From Halobacteriales archaeon (GTDB lineage Archaea; Halobacteriota; Halobacteria; Halobacteriales; SKSH01): a stretch of 64,000 nucleotides of DNA. Under the pieces are notes generated by a model. The model ran no database searches, was not told where the DNA came from, and was given only the letters and a program-made list of their open reading frames with translations. Both the position numbers and the translations under genes were made by a program. This document shows, piece after piece, positions 43,583-53,475 of the stretch (position 1 is its first letter; the number at the start of each line of letters is the position of its first letter). The stretch covers positions 27,629 to 91,628 of the forward strand of contig JBKGZP010000002.1 in assembly GCA_046543335.1 (NCBI GenBank), read 5' to 3'.

Positions 43583-44206
43583 ATGACCACGTTGGCCACC
43601 GGGATCGACATTCTCGACCGACAGCTCGACGGTGGGATTCCGAGCGGGTCCGTGGTCGCGCTCAAGGCGCCCGCATCGAGCAACGCGGAGTTGCTGCTGT
43701 ACCAGCTCACCGCCGCGAGGCGGTCGCTGTACCTGACCACCGTGCGCTCGTCCGCGGCGGTGCGCGACGGCATGCGGATGACGAAGGCGCCCACGGGCGA
43801 ACCGACCATTCGAGAGCTCACCGGAGCGGAGGTGCTCGACCAGGCGAACCGGGCGATCGGCCGGCTGAGCGAGGACACGACGCTCATCATCGATCCCCTC
43901 GACCCCATCGAGGAGCGCGAGCTGAGCCGGTTCGTCACGTTCGTCAACGACCTCCAGACGCACCTGCAGAACACCGGTGCCTTCGCGGTCCTGCACTGCC
44001 TCGACGACGGGGTCCCGCCGGACAACCGGAAGTACACGCTCAGCGCCGCGGACGTCGTCTTCGACCTCACGGTCGAGGTCCGAGGCTCGACCCTCGTGAA
44101 CCGCCTGACCGTCCCGAAGAACCGCGGCGGCGTCCCCATCACCGAGGAGATCAAGCTCAAGCTGGTCGACGGGGTGGCCGTCGACGTGAGCCGGGATATC
44201 GCGTAG
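43583..44206 (+). CDS. RecA-superfamily KaiC/Rad55-like protein lacking a P-loop
   Basis: TGIDILDRQLDGGIPSGSVVALKAPASSNAELLLYQL: the canonical position of GxxxxGK[ST] reads KAPASSNA. Walker-B-like TLIIDPLDPI and C-terminal LTVPKNRGG are present. GCGTTAAGTAC lies about 33 nt upstream. Confidence 0.65.
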   Translation: MTTLATGIDILDRQLDGGIPSGSVVALKAPASSNAELLLYQLTAARRSLYLTTVRSSAAVRDGMRMTKAPTGEPTIRELTGAEVLDQANRAIGRLSEDTTLIIDPLDPIEERELSRFVTFVNDLQTHLQNTGAFAVLHCLDDGVPPDNRKYTLSAADVVFDLTVEVRGSTLVNRLTVPKNRGGVPITEEIKLKLVDGVAVDVSRDIA

Positions 44207-44221
44207 GATCGACTCGGTCGG

Positions 44222-45271
44222 CTACTCCTCGAGCTCCTCCATCGCCTCCTCGAGCTCGAAGCCACCCATGTCGCCGAACTGGGCGGCCGTCGGTTCGAGG
44301 ACCTCCTGGACGACGATGCGGTCGACGTCGAGGTGCTCGAGGAGCTGGTCAGCGATCTGTTGCTTCATGAACAGCCACTGCTGGTTCATGGTCAGCTGGG
44401 GGGTCGCTTCGATGTACAGCGACTCGACCGACTCGGCCTCGGGCGCCTCCTCCTCGTCCTCATCGGCCTCGGGTTCGACCTCGTCCGTTTGGAACCAGAG
44501 GTCCAGCTCGATGTCCAAGAACGCCTGCAGCAGTCCCCTGGCGAGCTCCTCGCGGTCCTCGACCTCCTCGAGGACCTCGAACTCGTACTCGATGTCCTCG
44601 CCGGCGAGGGGATGGTTGAAGTCGACGCGGGCGCGCCCGCCGATGATCGTCTCGACGAAGCCGTGCTGGCCGTCTATGTCGACGTGGGCGCCGGGATAGC
44701 GGTCGTCCTCGGGGATCTTGTCGGCGCTGACGGTCCGGACCTCCTCCGGGTCGACCTCGCCGAACGCCTCGACCGCCGGGACGACCACCGTGTCGGTGGC
44801 GCCCGGGTCCAGGCCAATGATCGCCTCCTCGACGGGACCGAAGAGGTGACCCTCCCCGAGCACGACGACGCGGGGCTCGAAGGTCCGATCCTCGTCGGCG
44901 ACGCCCTCCTCCTCGGCCACCTCGGGGTCGGTCGTGTCGACCAACTGGCCACTGTCGACGGCGTAGGCCGTGTAGGCGACGCGGACGACGTCGCGGGGCT
45001 GGAGCCCTTCGGGCTCCTCCTCCGCGTCCTCGTCGGGCTCGTCCGCCCCCTCGGCCGCGTCGGCCGCCTCGTCTTCCGTGTCCTCGTCACGCTCGTCCGC
45101 CCCCTCGGTCGCGTCGGCCTCGGGCTTCCCGTCGGCCTCCGCACCCGCCACCCCGGCGGGCTCGTCCTCGGCTGTCGCTTCCTCCGCCACCGCCTCGTCG
45201 TCCGCCCCCGGGGCCGCCTCGGGCTCGTCGGCGTCGGCCTCGTCGGGCGCCTCGTCGGTCTCCTCCGTCAT
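44222..45271 (-). CDS. FKBP-type peptidyl-prolyl isomerase (long archaeal type) with about 100-aa acidic N-terminal extension
   Basis: VVRVAYTAYAVDSGQLVDTT...VVVLGEGHLFGPVEEAIIGL...DFNHPLAGEDIEYEFEVLEV. Start at MTEETDEAPDE (45271), with TTCTTAAATGC about 25 nt upstream. Confidence 0.8.
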   Translation of the reverse strand: MTEETDEAPDEADADEPEAAPGADDEAVAEEATAEDEPAGVAGAEADGKPEADATEGADERDEDTEDEAADAAEGADEPDEDAEEEPEGLQPRDVVRVAYTAYAVDSGQLVDTTDPEVAEEEGVADEDRTFEPRVVVLGEGHLFGPVEEAIIGLDPGATDTVVVPAVEAFGEVDPEEVRTVSADKIPEDDRYPGAHVDIDGQHGFVETIIGGRARVDFNHPLAGEDIEYEFEVLEEVEDREELARGLLQAFLDIELDLWFQTDEVEPEADEDEEEAPEAESVESLYIEATPQLTMNQQWLFMKQQIADQLLEHLDVDRIVVQEVLEPTAAQFGDMGGFELEEAMEELEE

Positions 45272-45377
45272 TGGTGTGACCTCCACCGGTTTGCATTTAA
45301 GAATCACGTTCTTGGAAACGGGGCCGTCGTCCGCCCGGTGGCGCTAAGTGTCGCCGCGGCGAGCCCCCGGTGACGCG

Positions 45378-45932
45378 ATGGAGGAGGTCGAACTCAAGCT
45401 CCCCGCCGAGAATGCAAACCTCGAGGTGCGCCTCCGGCGGGTCGGCTTCGAACGCCGCGGGCGGTACCGGCAGGTCGACCGGTACTACGCCGTCCCGCAT
45501 CGGGACCTTGCCGTGACCGACGAGGCGTTGCGACTGCGAACCGTCGAGGACCTCGATGAGGGGGCGGTCGACCACCGCGTCACCTACAAGGGCCCCCGCG
45601 TCGGTGGCGCGGGCGCCAAGGCCCGTCGGGAGATCACCACCGCGGTGGAGTCGGTGTCGGCCGCCGAGGCCCTCCTCGAGGCGATCGACTGCGAGGTCGC
45701 GGGGGAGGTCCGGAAGGTCCGCGAGCGCTACGCCCGCGGCGATGCCACGGTCGCGCTCGACGAGGTCGACGGGCTGGGGTCGTTCGTCGAGCTCGAGCGC
45801 GTGGTCCCCGCCGCGGACGTGTCGACGGCCCGCACCGAGATCGAGTCCCTGGCGGCGGCGCTCGGGCTCGACGGTGCCGTGCCCATCGAGCGAACCTACC
45901 TCGAACTCGTCCTCGAAGATGAACCGCAGTAA
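45378..45932 (+). CDS. CYTH-domain protein (class IV adenylate cyclase / triphosphate tunnel metalloenzyme)
   Basis: MEEVELKLP (ExExK), ...ALRLRT..., TYKGP, ...VALDEVDGLGSFVELE. The track start at 45348 is less likely. Confidence 0.75.
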   Translation: MEEVELKLPAENANLEVRLRRVGFERRGRYRQVDRYYAVPHRDLAVTDEALRLRTVEDLDEGAVDHRVTYKGPRVGGAGAKARREITTAVESVSAAEALLEAIDCEVAGEVRKVRERYARGDATVALDEVDGLGSFVELERVVPAADVSTARTEIESLAAALGLDGAVPIERTYLELVLEDEPQ

Positions 45933-45992
45933 TATCACTGGCGCTGAGCCTTTTCGCAAGTTATAGAACCGGCGGGCAGATACCGACCCGCA

Positions 45993-47198
45993 ATGGTTGA
46001 GCGGAACGTACGGGTGACGACATTCGACCGCCCGGCCGTCGGCGATCAGTCCGTCGAGATCGTCGAGCGAAAGGGGCTCGGTCACCCGGATTCGCTGTGC
46101 GACGGCATCGCCGAGAGCGTCGGCCAGGCGCTCGCCAGGGCGTACCTCGAGCGGTTCGGGCGGGTGCTGCACTTCAACACGGACGAGACCCAGCTGGTCG
46201 CCGGTACCGCCGAGCCGGCCCTCGGCGGCGGCGAGACGTTGCGACCCATCTACGTGCTCATCGTCGGCCGGGCGACCAAGCAGTACCGGGGCGAGCCCTT
46301 CCCCGCCGAACGCATCGCGCTGCGGGCGGCCCGGGCGTATCTCGAGCGGACCGTCCCTCGCCTCACCGTGGGCAGCGACGTCGTCCTCGACGTCCGCCTG
46401 GGGGAGGGGAGTGGGGACCTGAAGACGGTGTTCGGGGGCGAGGGGCGGTCGATCCCCGCGGCGAACGACACCAGCTTCGGCGTCGGCCACGCGCCCCTGA
46501 GCGACACCGAACGCGTCGTCCTCGAGACCGAGCGCCAGCTCAACGACCGCTACGCCGAGGCCACTCCCGCGCTCGGGCCGGACATCAAGGTGATGGGCAA
46601 GCGGGAGGACGACGTCCTCGACCTGACCGTGGCGGCGGCCATCATCGACGAGCACGTCGCCGACGTCGCCGAGTACGAGGCGGCGGTCGACGGCATCGAG
46701 GCCTTCGTCCGCGACCTGGCGTCGCGCGAGACCGACCTCGACGTCGAGGTGGCCGTCAACACCGCCGACGACTTCGGCGAGGAGTCCCTCTACATCACCG
46801 TCTCCGGGACCTCCGCGGAGAACGGCGACGACGGGTCCGTCGGTCGCGGCAACCGGTCGAACGGGCTGATCACGCCCAACCGATCGATGAGCCTCGAGGC
46901 GACCTCCGGCAAGAACCCCGTCAACCACATCGGCAAGATCTACAACGTGCTCGCGACGGAGATCGCCCGGACGACCGTCGAGCGGGTCGACGGCATCCGC
47001 GACCTCCGGATCCGACTGCTCAGCCAGATCGGCCAGCCCATCGACCAGCCGCAGATCGCCGACGCACACGTCGTGCCAGAACCGGGCGTCTCCGTCGAGT
47101 CGCTCGAGGGCCCCGTCGCCAGGGAGGTCGACCGCGGCCTGGCGGAGATCGACCGAATCACCGAGCGCCTCATCGCCGGCGAGCTGACCACCTTCTGA
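45993..47198 (+). CDS. metK: archaeal-type S-adenosylmethionine synthetase
   Basis: [21 protein letters not shown]...[12 protein letters not shown]...[29 protein letters not shown] lies about 30 nt upstream. Confidence 0.92.
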   Translation: MVERNVRVTTFDRPAVGDQSVEIVERKGLGHPDSLCDGIAESVGQALARAYLERFGRVLHFNTDETQLVAGTAEPALGGGETLRPIYVLIVGRATKQYRGEPFPAERIALRAARAYLERTVPRLTVGSDVVLDVRLGEGSGDLKTVFGGEGRSIPAANDTSFGVGHAPLSDTERVVLETERQLNDRYAEATPALGPDIKVMGKREDDVLDLTVAAAIIDEHVADVAEYEAAVDGIEAFVRDLASRETDLDVEVAVNTADDFGEESLYITVSGTSAENGDDGSVGRGNRSNGLITPNRSMSLEATSGKNPVNHIGKIYNVLATEIARTTVERVDGIRDLRIRLLSQIGQPIDQPQIADAHVVPEPGVSVESLEGPVAREVDRGLAEIDRITERLIAGELTTF

Positions 47199-47249
47199 GC
47201 GCGGTGCCACCCCGAAATCGCTTAGGGCCCACCCCGCCCCGAAGCAGTC

Positions 47250-47705
47250 GTGACGACCGTCTGCTTCGTGACGCCGCCGGGCGAGGCGCCCGCGGAGGGC
47301 CTGCTCGGGTACGAGACGGTCCGGCGGGCCCTCTCGCCGTACGACCTCGAGCGACCGTACGACAACGCCGTGTGCGTCGAGACGGTCAGCCTGGGCTCCG
47401 CCGTCGCGCTCGTGGCCGACCTCGACTGGTACCTCCGGCGGACGGTCCAGGACGTCCTCGTCAAGGAGCCAGCGGTCAGCGATCGCGAGTGGCTCTCGCG
47501 CACGCTCGCGGAGGCGCTTCGCGCGGAGGCCATCGAGCCGGCCGACACGCCGGAGGTCGTCAAGATCTACGGCGTCGAGGAGGGTAGGCTCATCGAGCCG
47601 ATGTACGCCGAGCGCCGCCGCGACGGCACCCTGCCGGGGTACGACCTGCGGGAGGTGGAGGGGACCGTCGTCGTACGCGTCAGCCCCGAGGAGTTCGGTC
47701 GGTGA
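47250..47705 (+). CDS. conserved hypothetical protein
   Basis: 151 aa with a GTG start. TCGCTTAGGG lies about 30 nt upstream. No motif recognised. Confidence 0.6.
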   Translation: MTTVCFVTPPGEAPAEGLLGYETVRRALSPYDLERPYDNAVCVETVSLGSAVALVADLDWYLRRTVQDVLVKEPAVSDREWLSRTLAEALRAEAIEPADTPEVVKIYGVEEGRLIEPMYAERRRDGTLPGYDLREVEGTVVVRVSPEEFGR

Positions 47706-47708
47706 GGC

Positions 47709-49781
47709 TCAGTCGTCGAACCACGCGAGCGCGGCCTCGAGGTCCGACGTGGGGCGACCGCACGTGCGACCGCGGCAGGGGTAGACCGTCGGTGCGTCCT
47801 CGCGCCGGTCACGCCCGCGCCAAATCGGTGGGAGCGCCGACAGGCCGAGCTCGGTCGCAGCGGCGTTCGCGGCATCGCCCGGCGGTCGCCGGGTGACGAC
47901 GAGGTCGGGATCGACCGCGTCGAGGCGGCGGCGCCAGTCGGTGGGGATTCGATCGCCGACGATCGTCAGCGAGGGCGGTCCCCGGTCCCAGGCGTCCACG
48001 GCGAGCGTGACCGAGGGTCGGCCCCGTGGCCCGACGGTGTGATCGGCGACGACCGCTTCCAGCACCTCGGCGGCAACCTCGTCCGGCCGGAACAGGTCCG
48101 CGACGGCGAGCACCTCGATGGCCAGCCCCACCGGGGATGGGGTCGCGCCGTCAGCCGGGTCTCGCAACTCGCCGGGGGGCCCATCGGTCACACCCACTGG
48201 CGAGAAGCGCAGCCGCCGGTCCTCGGGATCCCAGCAGGCCTCGAGCAGCCCGTCGACCATCCGGAGACCGAGGCTGAGCGAGTCGGCATCGTCGGTCGCG
48301 CGGTAGTGGTGAAACGCCCCCCGGGCGACCGCCGCGTAGTCCTCGAGGAAGGCGGGCACCGCGACGGTCCCGTCGCGGTAGACCCGGTGCAGGCGGCTAT
48401 CCGCGATGAGCGACCGTTCGACGAAGCGCAACGCCTCGTCGCCGCGGTCGCGAAGCGTCCGGTCGTCGAGGACCCATCCGGCGATGGCGAACCCGCTCGC
48501 CGCGAGGCCAGTCCAGGTGGCGAGCACCTTCTCGTCGCGCGCAGGTTGGGGGCGGTCGGTGCGCGCGTCCCGCATCGCGGACGCCGCTCGATCGAGGGTG
48601 GCCTCGACCCCCTCGGTATCGAGCCCGAACGCCTCGGCCAGCTCGTCGACCGAGCGTGCGAGGTGAGGGACGCTTCCGGCGGCGACGTCGGGGTCGTCGT
48701 CGATGCCGAATCGCGCACACGCGAGGTCGACTGCGAGGTCGTCGTCGAGCGCCTCGGCCACGGCCTCCCGCGTCCACGCGTAGGTGGTCCCCTCCTCGCC
48801 GTCGGCGTCGGCGTCGAGCGAGCTGTAGATGCCCCCCTCGGGGTGGCCGAGGTCGCGGTCGAGGAAGGCGCCGGTGTCCGCCGCGACCGCGGCGAACGCG
48901 GGCTCGTCGAGCGCCACCGCGGCGCGCGCGTAGCACTCGAGCAGTTGGGCGTTGTCGTAGGCCATCTTCTCGAAGTGGGGCACCCGCCATGCGCGGTCGG
49001 TCGCGTAGCGGTGGAAGCCACCGGCGAGCTGGTCGCGGATGCCGCCTCGGGCCATGGCGTGCAGCGTCGTCTCGAGCGCATCGGCGTACCGATCGCGACC
49101 GGTCCGGTCCCACGCGCGAAGCAGCAGGCGCAATCGGGTGGCATTCGGAAACTTCGGTCCGGTCTGGCCGAAGCCGCCGTGGGTCCAGTCCACCTCGCGG
49201 AGGAGGGCCCCCGCGTGCTCCTGCAGGGGGGCCGCGAGTTGCTCGTCCTCGGAGGCGCCGTCGGTCTGGGCAGTCTCGACCGCGTCGGCGATGCGGTCCG
49301 CCCGCCGCTCGATCGCCGCCCGGTCGCCCTCCCACGCCGTGGCGATGCGGTCGAGCGCCTCGATGAAGCCCGTCTGCCCTCGGCGGGCTCGCTTCGGGAG
49401 GTAGGTGGCGAGCTGGAAGGGGCGCCCGTCGGGCGTCAGCCAGGCCGACAGCGGCCAGCCCCCCCGGCCGGTCGTCGCCTGACACGCGAGCTGATAGTAC
49501 CGGTCGAGGTCCGGGCGCTCCTCGCGGTCGACCTTGATCGGCACGAACGCCTCGTTGAGGCGCTCGGCGACCGCGTCGTCCTCGAAGCTCTCCTCGGCCA
49601 TGACGTGACACCAGTGACAAGCTGCGTAGCCCACGGAGAGGAAGATTGGTCGGTCGAGGCGCTCGGCCGCATCGAGCGACGCTTCGTCCCATGGCTGCCA
49701 GTTGACGGGGTTGTCGGCGTGCGCGGTGAGGTACGGGCTCGTCGCCCCGGCCAGCCGGTTGCGCTCGAGCGCCGTGACCAT
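47709..49781 (-). CDS. thioredoxin-domain protein (YyaL/DUF255 + six-hairpin glycosidase-like domain)
   Basis: NPVNWQPWDEASLDAAERLDRPIFLSVGYAACHWCHVMAEESFED, followed by a long alpha/alpha-toroid-like region. Confidence 0.85.
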   Translation of the reverse strand: MVTALERNRLAGATSPYLTAHADNPVNWQPWDEASLDAAERLDRPIFLSVGYAACHWCHVMAEESFEDDAVAERLNEAFVPIKVDREERPDLDRYYQLACQATTGRGGWPLSAWLTPDGRPFQLATYLPKRARRGQTGFIEALDRIATAWEGDRAAIERRADRIADAVETAQTDGASEDEQLAAPLQEHAGALLREVDWTHGGFGQTGPKFPNATRLRLLLRAWDRTGRDRYADALETTLHAMARGGIRDQLAGGFHRYATDRAWRVPHFEKMAYDNAQLLECYARAAVALDEPAFAAVAADTGAFLDRDLGHPEGGIYSSLDADADGEEGTTYAWTREAVAEALDDDLAVDLACARFGIDDDPDVAAGSVPHLARSVDELAEAFGLDTEGVEATLDRAASAMRDARTDRPQPARDEKVLATWTGLAASGFAIAGWVLDDRTLRDRGDEALRFVERSLIADSRLHRVYRDGTVAVPAFLEDYAAVARGAFHHYRATDDADSLSLGLRMVDGLLEACWDPEDRRLRFSPVGVTDGPPGELRDPADGATPSPVGLAIEVLAVADLFRPDEVAAEVLEAVVADHTVGPRGRPSVTLAVDAWDRGPPSLTIVGDRIPTDWRRRLDAVDPDLVVTRRPPGDAANAAATELGLSALPPIWRGRDRREDAPTVYPCRGRTCGRPTSDLEAALAWFDD

Positions 49782-49849
49782 GGCCCGCCTACGCCGGGTC
49801 TCGCCTTAACGGGCCGGCCTTTTTTAGCGAACCGAGCGTCACCCTCCGC

Positions 49850-50776
49850 ATGGCCCCCGAGACCGAGGAGCCCCGGACGGCGTACGCCGACGCGCAGCGC
49901 CAACTCCTCCGGCGACACGACCTGGGTGACGCCTCGAAGCACGTCTCCATCGGCAAGCCGGTCGAGCAGCTGCACTACCTCGAGGCGGGCTCGGGGCCGC
50001 CCACGGTGTTGCTCCACGGCGTCGGCGTCTCGGCCGCGACGTTCGCCCCCCTGCTGTCGGACCTGCGCGACACCGTGACCGGCTACGCCCTCGATCGACC
50101 CGGCCGTGGGCTGTCTGACCCGTACCGCCACCGCGACGGCGACGTCCGCCGCTTCACGCGGCGGGTGCTGGATCGGTTCCTGGACGAGCTGGCACTCGAC
50201 CGCGTCAACCTCGTGGGGAACTCCTTCGGCGGGTTCCAGGCGCTGGTGTACGCGCTCGACCGACCGGAGCGAGTCGACCGGCTCGCGCTGCTCGGCGCCC
50301 CCGCCGGGCTGACCCGGGACCTCCCCTGGTCGTACCGCCTGCTGGGGGTGAAGCTGGTCAACCGCCTGCTGTTTCGCCTCGGCACCGCGGACTCTCCGTC
50401 GGCCCTCCGCGAGCAGCTGTCGCCGCTGCTCGTGCTCGACGACCGAGCGCTCGACGACGAGCTCGTCGAGGCGCTGTTCCACGGCGATCGGATGCCCGAG
50501 CAGCGCGCCAGCCTCCGGTCGCTGACGGAGGCGACCGCCGGCGTTCGCGGCGTCGCGAGGGAGATGCGCATCCGCGACGAGGTCGTCGACCTCGAGGTGC
50601 CCACGCTGTTCGTCTGGGGTGACGGCGACGTCTTCTACCAGCCGTCGGTGGGCCGCCCCGTCGCCGAGGCGATGTCGGACGCCAGCTTCGTCGAGCTCTC
50701 CGGTCACGGCCACGCCCCCTGGCTCGAGCCGACGGACGAGGCGGCGGCGAGCACCGTCGCGTTCCTCCAGGGGTAG
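49850..50776 (+). CDS. alpha/beta-fold hydrolase
   Basis: LLHGVG oxyanion region, nucleophile elbow GNSFGG, and C-terminal SGHGHAPWLE. Confidence 0.8.
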   Translation: MAPETEEPRTAYADAQRQLLRRHDLGDASKHVSIGKPVEQLHYLEAGSGPPTVLLHGVGVSAATFAPLLSDLRDTVTGYALDRPGRGLSDPYRHRDGDVRRFTRRVLDRFLDELALDRVNLVGNSFGGFQALVYALDRPERVDRLALLGAPAGLTRDLPWSYRLLGVKLVNRLLFRLGTADSPSALREQLSPLLVLDDRALDDELVEALFHGDRMPEQRASLRSLTEATAGVRGVAREMRIRDEVVDLEVPTLFVWGDGDVFYQPSVGRPVAEAMSDASFVELSGHGHAPWLEPTDEAAASTVAFLQG

Positions 50777-50819
50777 GCCATCTCGGTACGCTTTTGCCGC
50801 GCTCGCTGGAGGCTCCGAC

Positions 50820-52145
50820 ATGGCCGAATCGGTCCTCCTGATCGGTGGTGGCGGCCGGGAGCACGCCATCGCGTCGGCGGTCGCCGCGAGCGAGCGCGAA
50901 CACGAGCTTCACGCCGTCGCGGGCAACCGGAACCCCGGCATCGTCGCCCTCGCGGACAGCTTCGAGTCGGTCGACGAGACCGACCCGCGAGCGGTGGTCG
51001 ACCGCGCCGAGGCCGTGGACGCGACCGTCGCGCTCGTCGGTCCCGAGGCGCCGCTCGCCGCCGGCGTCTCCGACGCGCTCGAGCGCGCCGGCGTCTACGC
51101 GTTCGCGCCCAGCCAGGCCGACGCCCGCATCGAGACGGACAAGGCGTGGCAGCGGTCGTTCATGCGCGAGCACGACATCAGTGGCTGCCCCGACTTCGAG
51201 ACGTTCGACGACCCCGAGTCGACAGCGGCGTACCTCCGCGAGGTCGATGGCGACGTGGCGGTCAAGCCGACCGGCCTCACGGGCGGCAAGGGCGTTCGGG
51301 TGACGGGCGACCAGCTCTCGACGGACGAGGCCGTGACGTACGTGCTCGAGTCGGGCTTCGACGAGTGGGTCGTGGAGGAGCGCCTGGTGGGCGAGGAGTT
51401 CACCCTCCAGGCCTTCGTCGCCGACGGTGACCTCCGCCTCACCCCCGCCGTGCAGGACCACAAGCGGGCCTTCGAGGGCGATCGGGGGCCGAACACCGGC
51501 GGTATGGGTAGCTACAGCGACGCCACGGCGGTCCTCCCGTTCATGACGACGGCCGAGTACCAGGCCGCGGCGGGCATCCTGCGCGAGACGGTGTCGGCCC
51601 TCCCGACGTACCGCGGCGTCCTGTACGGCCAGTTCATGCTCACCGCCGACGGCCCGAAGGTCGTCGAGTTCAACGCTCGCTTCGGCGACCCCGAGGCGAT
51701 GAACACCCTCCCCGTCTTGCAAACCGACTTCCTCGAGATCGCGACCGCCCCCCGCGAGGGGCGGTCGCTGCCCGCCCTGGCGTTCGACGACCGCGCGACC
51801 GTCTGCAAGTACGCCGTCCCCGAGGGCTACCCCACGGATCCCGCTGGGGGGACGCGCGTCGCGGTCGACGAGTCGACCGTCGCCCGCGTCAACGCTCGCC
51901 ACGCGGAGGCGGGGGCCGAGGTGCGGCTGTTCTACGCCAGCGTCGACCAGCGCGACGACGGCCTGTACACGACGACGTCGCGCTCGTTCGCGGTCGTGGG
52001 CCTGGCCGGGTCGATCACCGATGCCGAGGCGGTCGCCTCGGCTGCCCTCGACGGCGTCGGCGACGGTCTCCGGGTCCGCCACGACGTCGGCACGGACGAG
52101 CTCGTGCAGCGTCGGATCGACCACATGGCGGAGCTACGCGGCTGA
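50820..52145 (+). CDS. purD: phosphoribosylamine--glycine ligase
   Basis: MAESVLLIGGGGREHA, ATP-grasp core, and DRGPNTGGMGSYS. The upstream part of track ORF 50619..52145 is spurious. Confidence 0.92.
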   Translation: MAESVLLIGGGGREHAIASAVAASEREHELHAVAGNRNPGIVALADSFESVDETDPRAVVDRAEAVDATVALVGPEAPLAAGVSDALERAGVYAFAPSQADARIETDKAWQRSFMREHDISGCPDFETFDDPESTAAYLREVDGDVAVKPTGLTGGKGVRVTGDQLSTDEAVTYVLESGFDEWVVEERLVGEEFTLQAFVADGDLRLTPAVQDHKRAFEGDRGPNTGGMGSYSDATAVLPFMTTAEYQAAAGILRETVSALPTYRGVLYGQFMLTADGPKVVEFNARFGDPEAMNTLPVLQTDFLEIATAPREGRSLPALAFDDRATVCKYAVPEGYPTDPAGGTRVAVDESTVARVNARHAEAGAEVRLFYASVDQRDDGLYTTTSRSFAVVGLAGSITDAEAVASAALDGVGDGLRVRHDVGTDELVQRRIDHMAELRG

Positions 52146-53396
52146 GGCGACCGTCTCGCCGACCGTCTCCTCGACCTGCGTCGCCACGAGCACGAGGCCG
52201 ACCGCCGCGAGCGCCCCGGCGACGATGAAGGGTACGACGAAGCCGAGCTCGACGAGGAAGCCGGATACCAGGGGGCCGAACGCGACCCCGAACCCGAACG
52301 CCATCGTCAGCACCGAAAGCGTCCGCCCCGACTCGCCCGTCGGGGCGAGGTCACCGGCGAGTGCCAGGGCGGGCGCGAACACCATCGCACCGGCGACCCC
52401 CTGGAGGAACCGGGCCAAGAACATGAGCAGCGAGTCGAGCACCACTCCCTGCACGAGGGTCGTCGGCACGAGGAGGGCCATGCCGGCGACGATGAACCGT
52501 TTGCGACCGTAGAAGTCGGTCGCCCGTCCGATTGGCGCCTGCAGCAGGATCTGGGCGATGACGAACGCGGCGAACTGCGCGCCGAACCACACGGATCCCT
52601 GCCCGAGGCGGGCGTTGATGAGGTCGCCTAGGGTGGCGAACAGGGCGATACCCACCGCCATGAAGAACGACGCCACGCCGAGGGTGAACACGGGGTCGAG
52701 GAGGTGCTCGCCGGTGCGGTCGCGGACGGGAATCCCCGCCGGACGCGACCTCGCCGCGGGCGTCTCGAGGGGTGGGTCACGGATGAGCAGCGCGACGAGG
52801 AGGAAGCTCACCGTCGCCGTCGAGGCGGCAAGGATGAACGACGCGTCGAAGCCGGTGATGGTGACCGCCGCGAGCGGGATCCGGTACGGCCCGCCGGCGA
52901 CGACCAGTCCCGCCCCGAGCGGACCGACGCCGAACCCGATCAAGCGGAACGTGTTGTACGTCCCCATGTTGCCACCGCGGTTGGTCTCGCTCGCCAGGTC
53001 GTTCACCAGGGCGACGGTGGTGGGGATGATCAACGCGCCGGCGATGCCCTGGAGCACGCGCAACACGAGCAGGTGCCAGTAGGCGCTGGCGAAGGCGTAC
53101 GACAGGCTCGCCAGCCCGATGATCGCGAGGCCGACGAGGACGAAGATCTTGCGCCGACCGGTCCGGTCGGAGAGCCGGCCGGTGAACGGCTGGAGCGGAC
53201 TGTTGACGAAGCCGAACAGCGAGAGGACGACGCCGGTGAGGGCGACCTCGGTGAGACCGAACGTCGAACCCGTCACCAGCTCGCTGGCGATGAACAGCGG
53301 GAGGACCACGACCAGGAACGAGTTCCCGACCGACTCGGTCATCCTGGCCAGCGCGAGGATGAGCACCTGTCGGTCGACGCCGAGGCTCGTCGCCAT
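52134..53396 (-). CDS. MFS transporter
   Basis: 12 TM segments, with an MFS loop motif GRLSDRTGRRKIF. Start chosen at MATSLGVDRQ. It overlaps the purD 3' end by 12 nt (convergent). Confidence 0.8.
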   Translation of the reverse strand: MATSLGVDRQVLILALARMTESVGNSFLVVVLPLFIASELVTGSTFGLTEVALTGVVLSLFGFVNSPLQPFTGRLSDRTGRRKIFVLVGLAIIGLASLSYAFASAYWHLLVLRVLQGIAGALIIPTTVALVNDLASETNRGGNMGTYNTFRLIGFGVGPLGAGLVVAGGPYRIPLAAVTITGFDASFILAASTATVSFLLVALLIRDPPLETPAARSRPAGIPVRDRTGEHLLDPVFTLGVASFFMAVGIALFATLGDLINARLGQGSVWFGAQFAAFVIAQILLQAPIGRATDFYGRKRFIVAGMALLVPTTLVQGVVLDSLLMFLARFLQGVAGAMVFAPALALAGDLAPTGESGRTLSVLTMAFGFGVAFGPLVSGFLVELGFVVPFIVAGALAAVGLVLVATQVEETVGETVASAA

Positions 53397-53475
53397 CACC
53401 CACCGTCCTCCGCCGCCGCCCGCATGTGGTGGCACTCGACCGTGGGCCGGTTAGTGGGTTGCGGTCCCGTCGCGC

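Noticed and set aside
45297-47210. 637-aa minus-strand ORF
   Set aside because: It is antisense to the CYTH and SAM-synthetase genes, which have clear family motifs. The composition is Arg/Gly/Asp/Val-biased.
48039-50078. 679-aa plus-strand ORF
   Set aside because: It is antisense to the thioredoxin-domain YyaL-like gene (CHWCH motif). The product is low-complexity and Arg/Gly/Pro/Val-rich.
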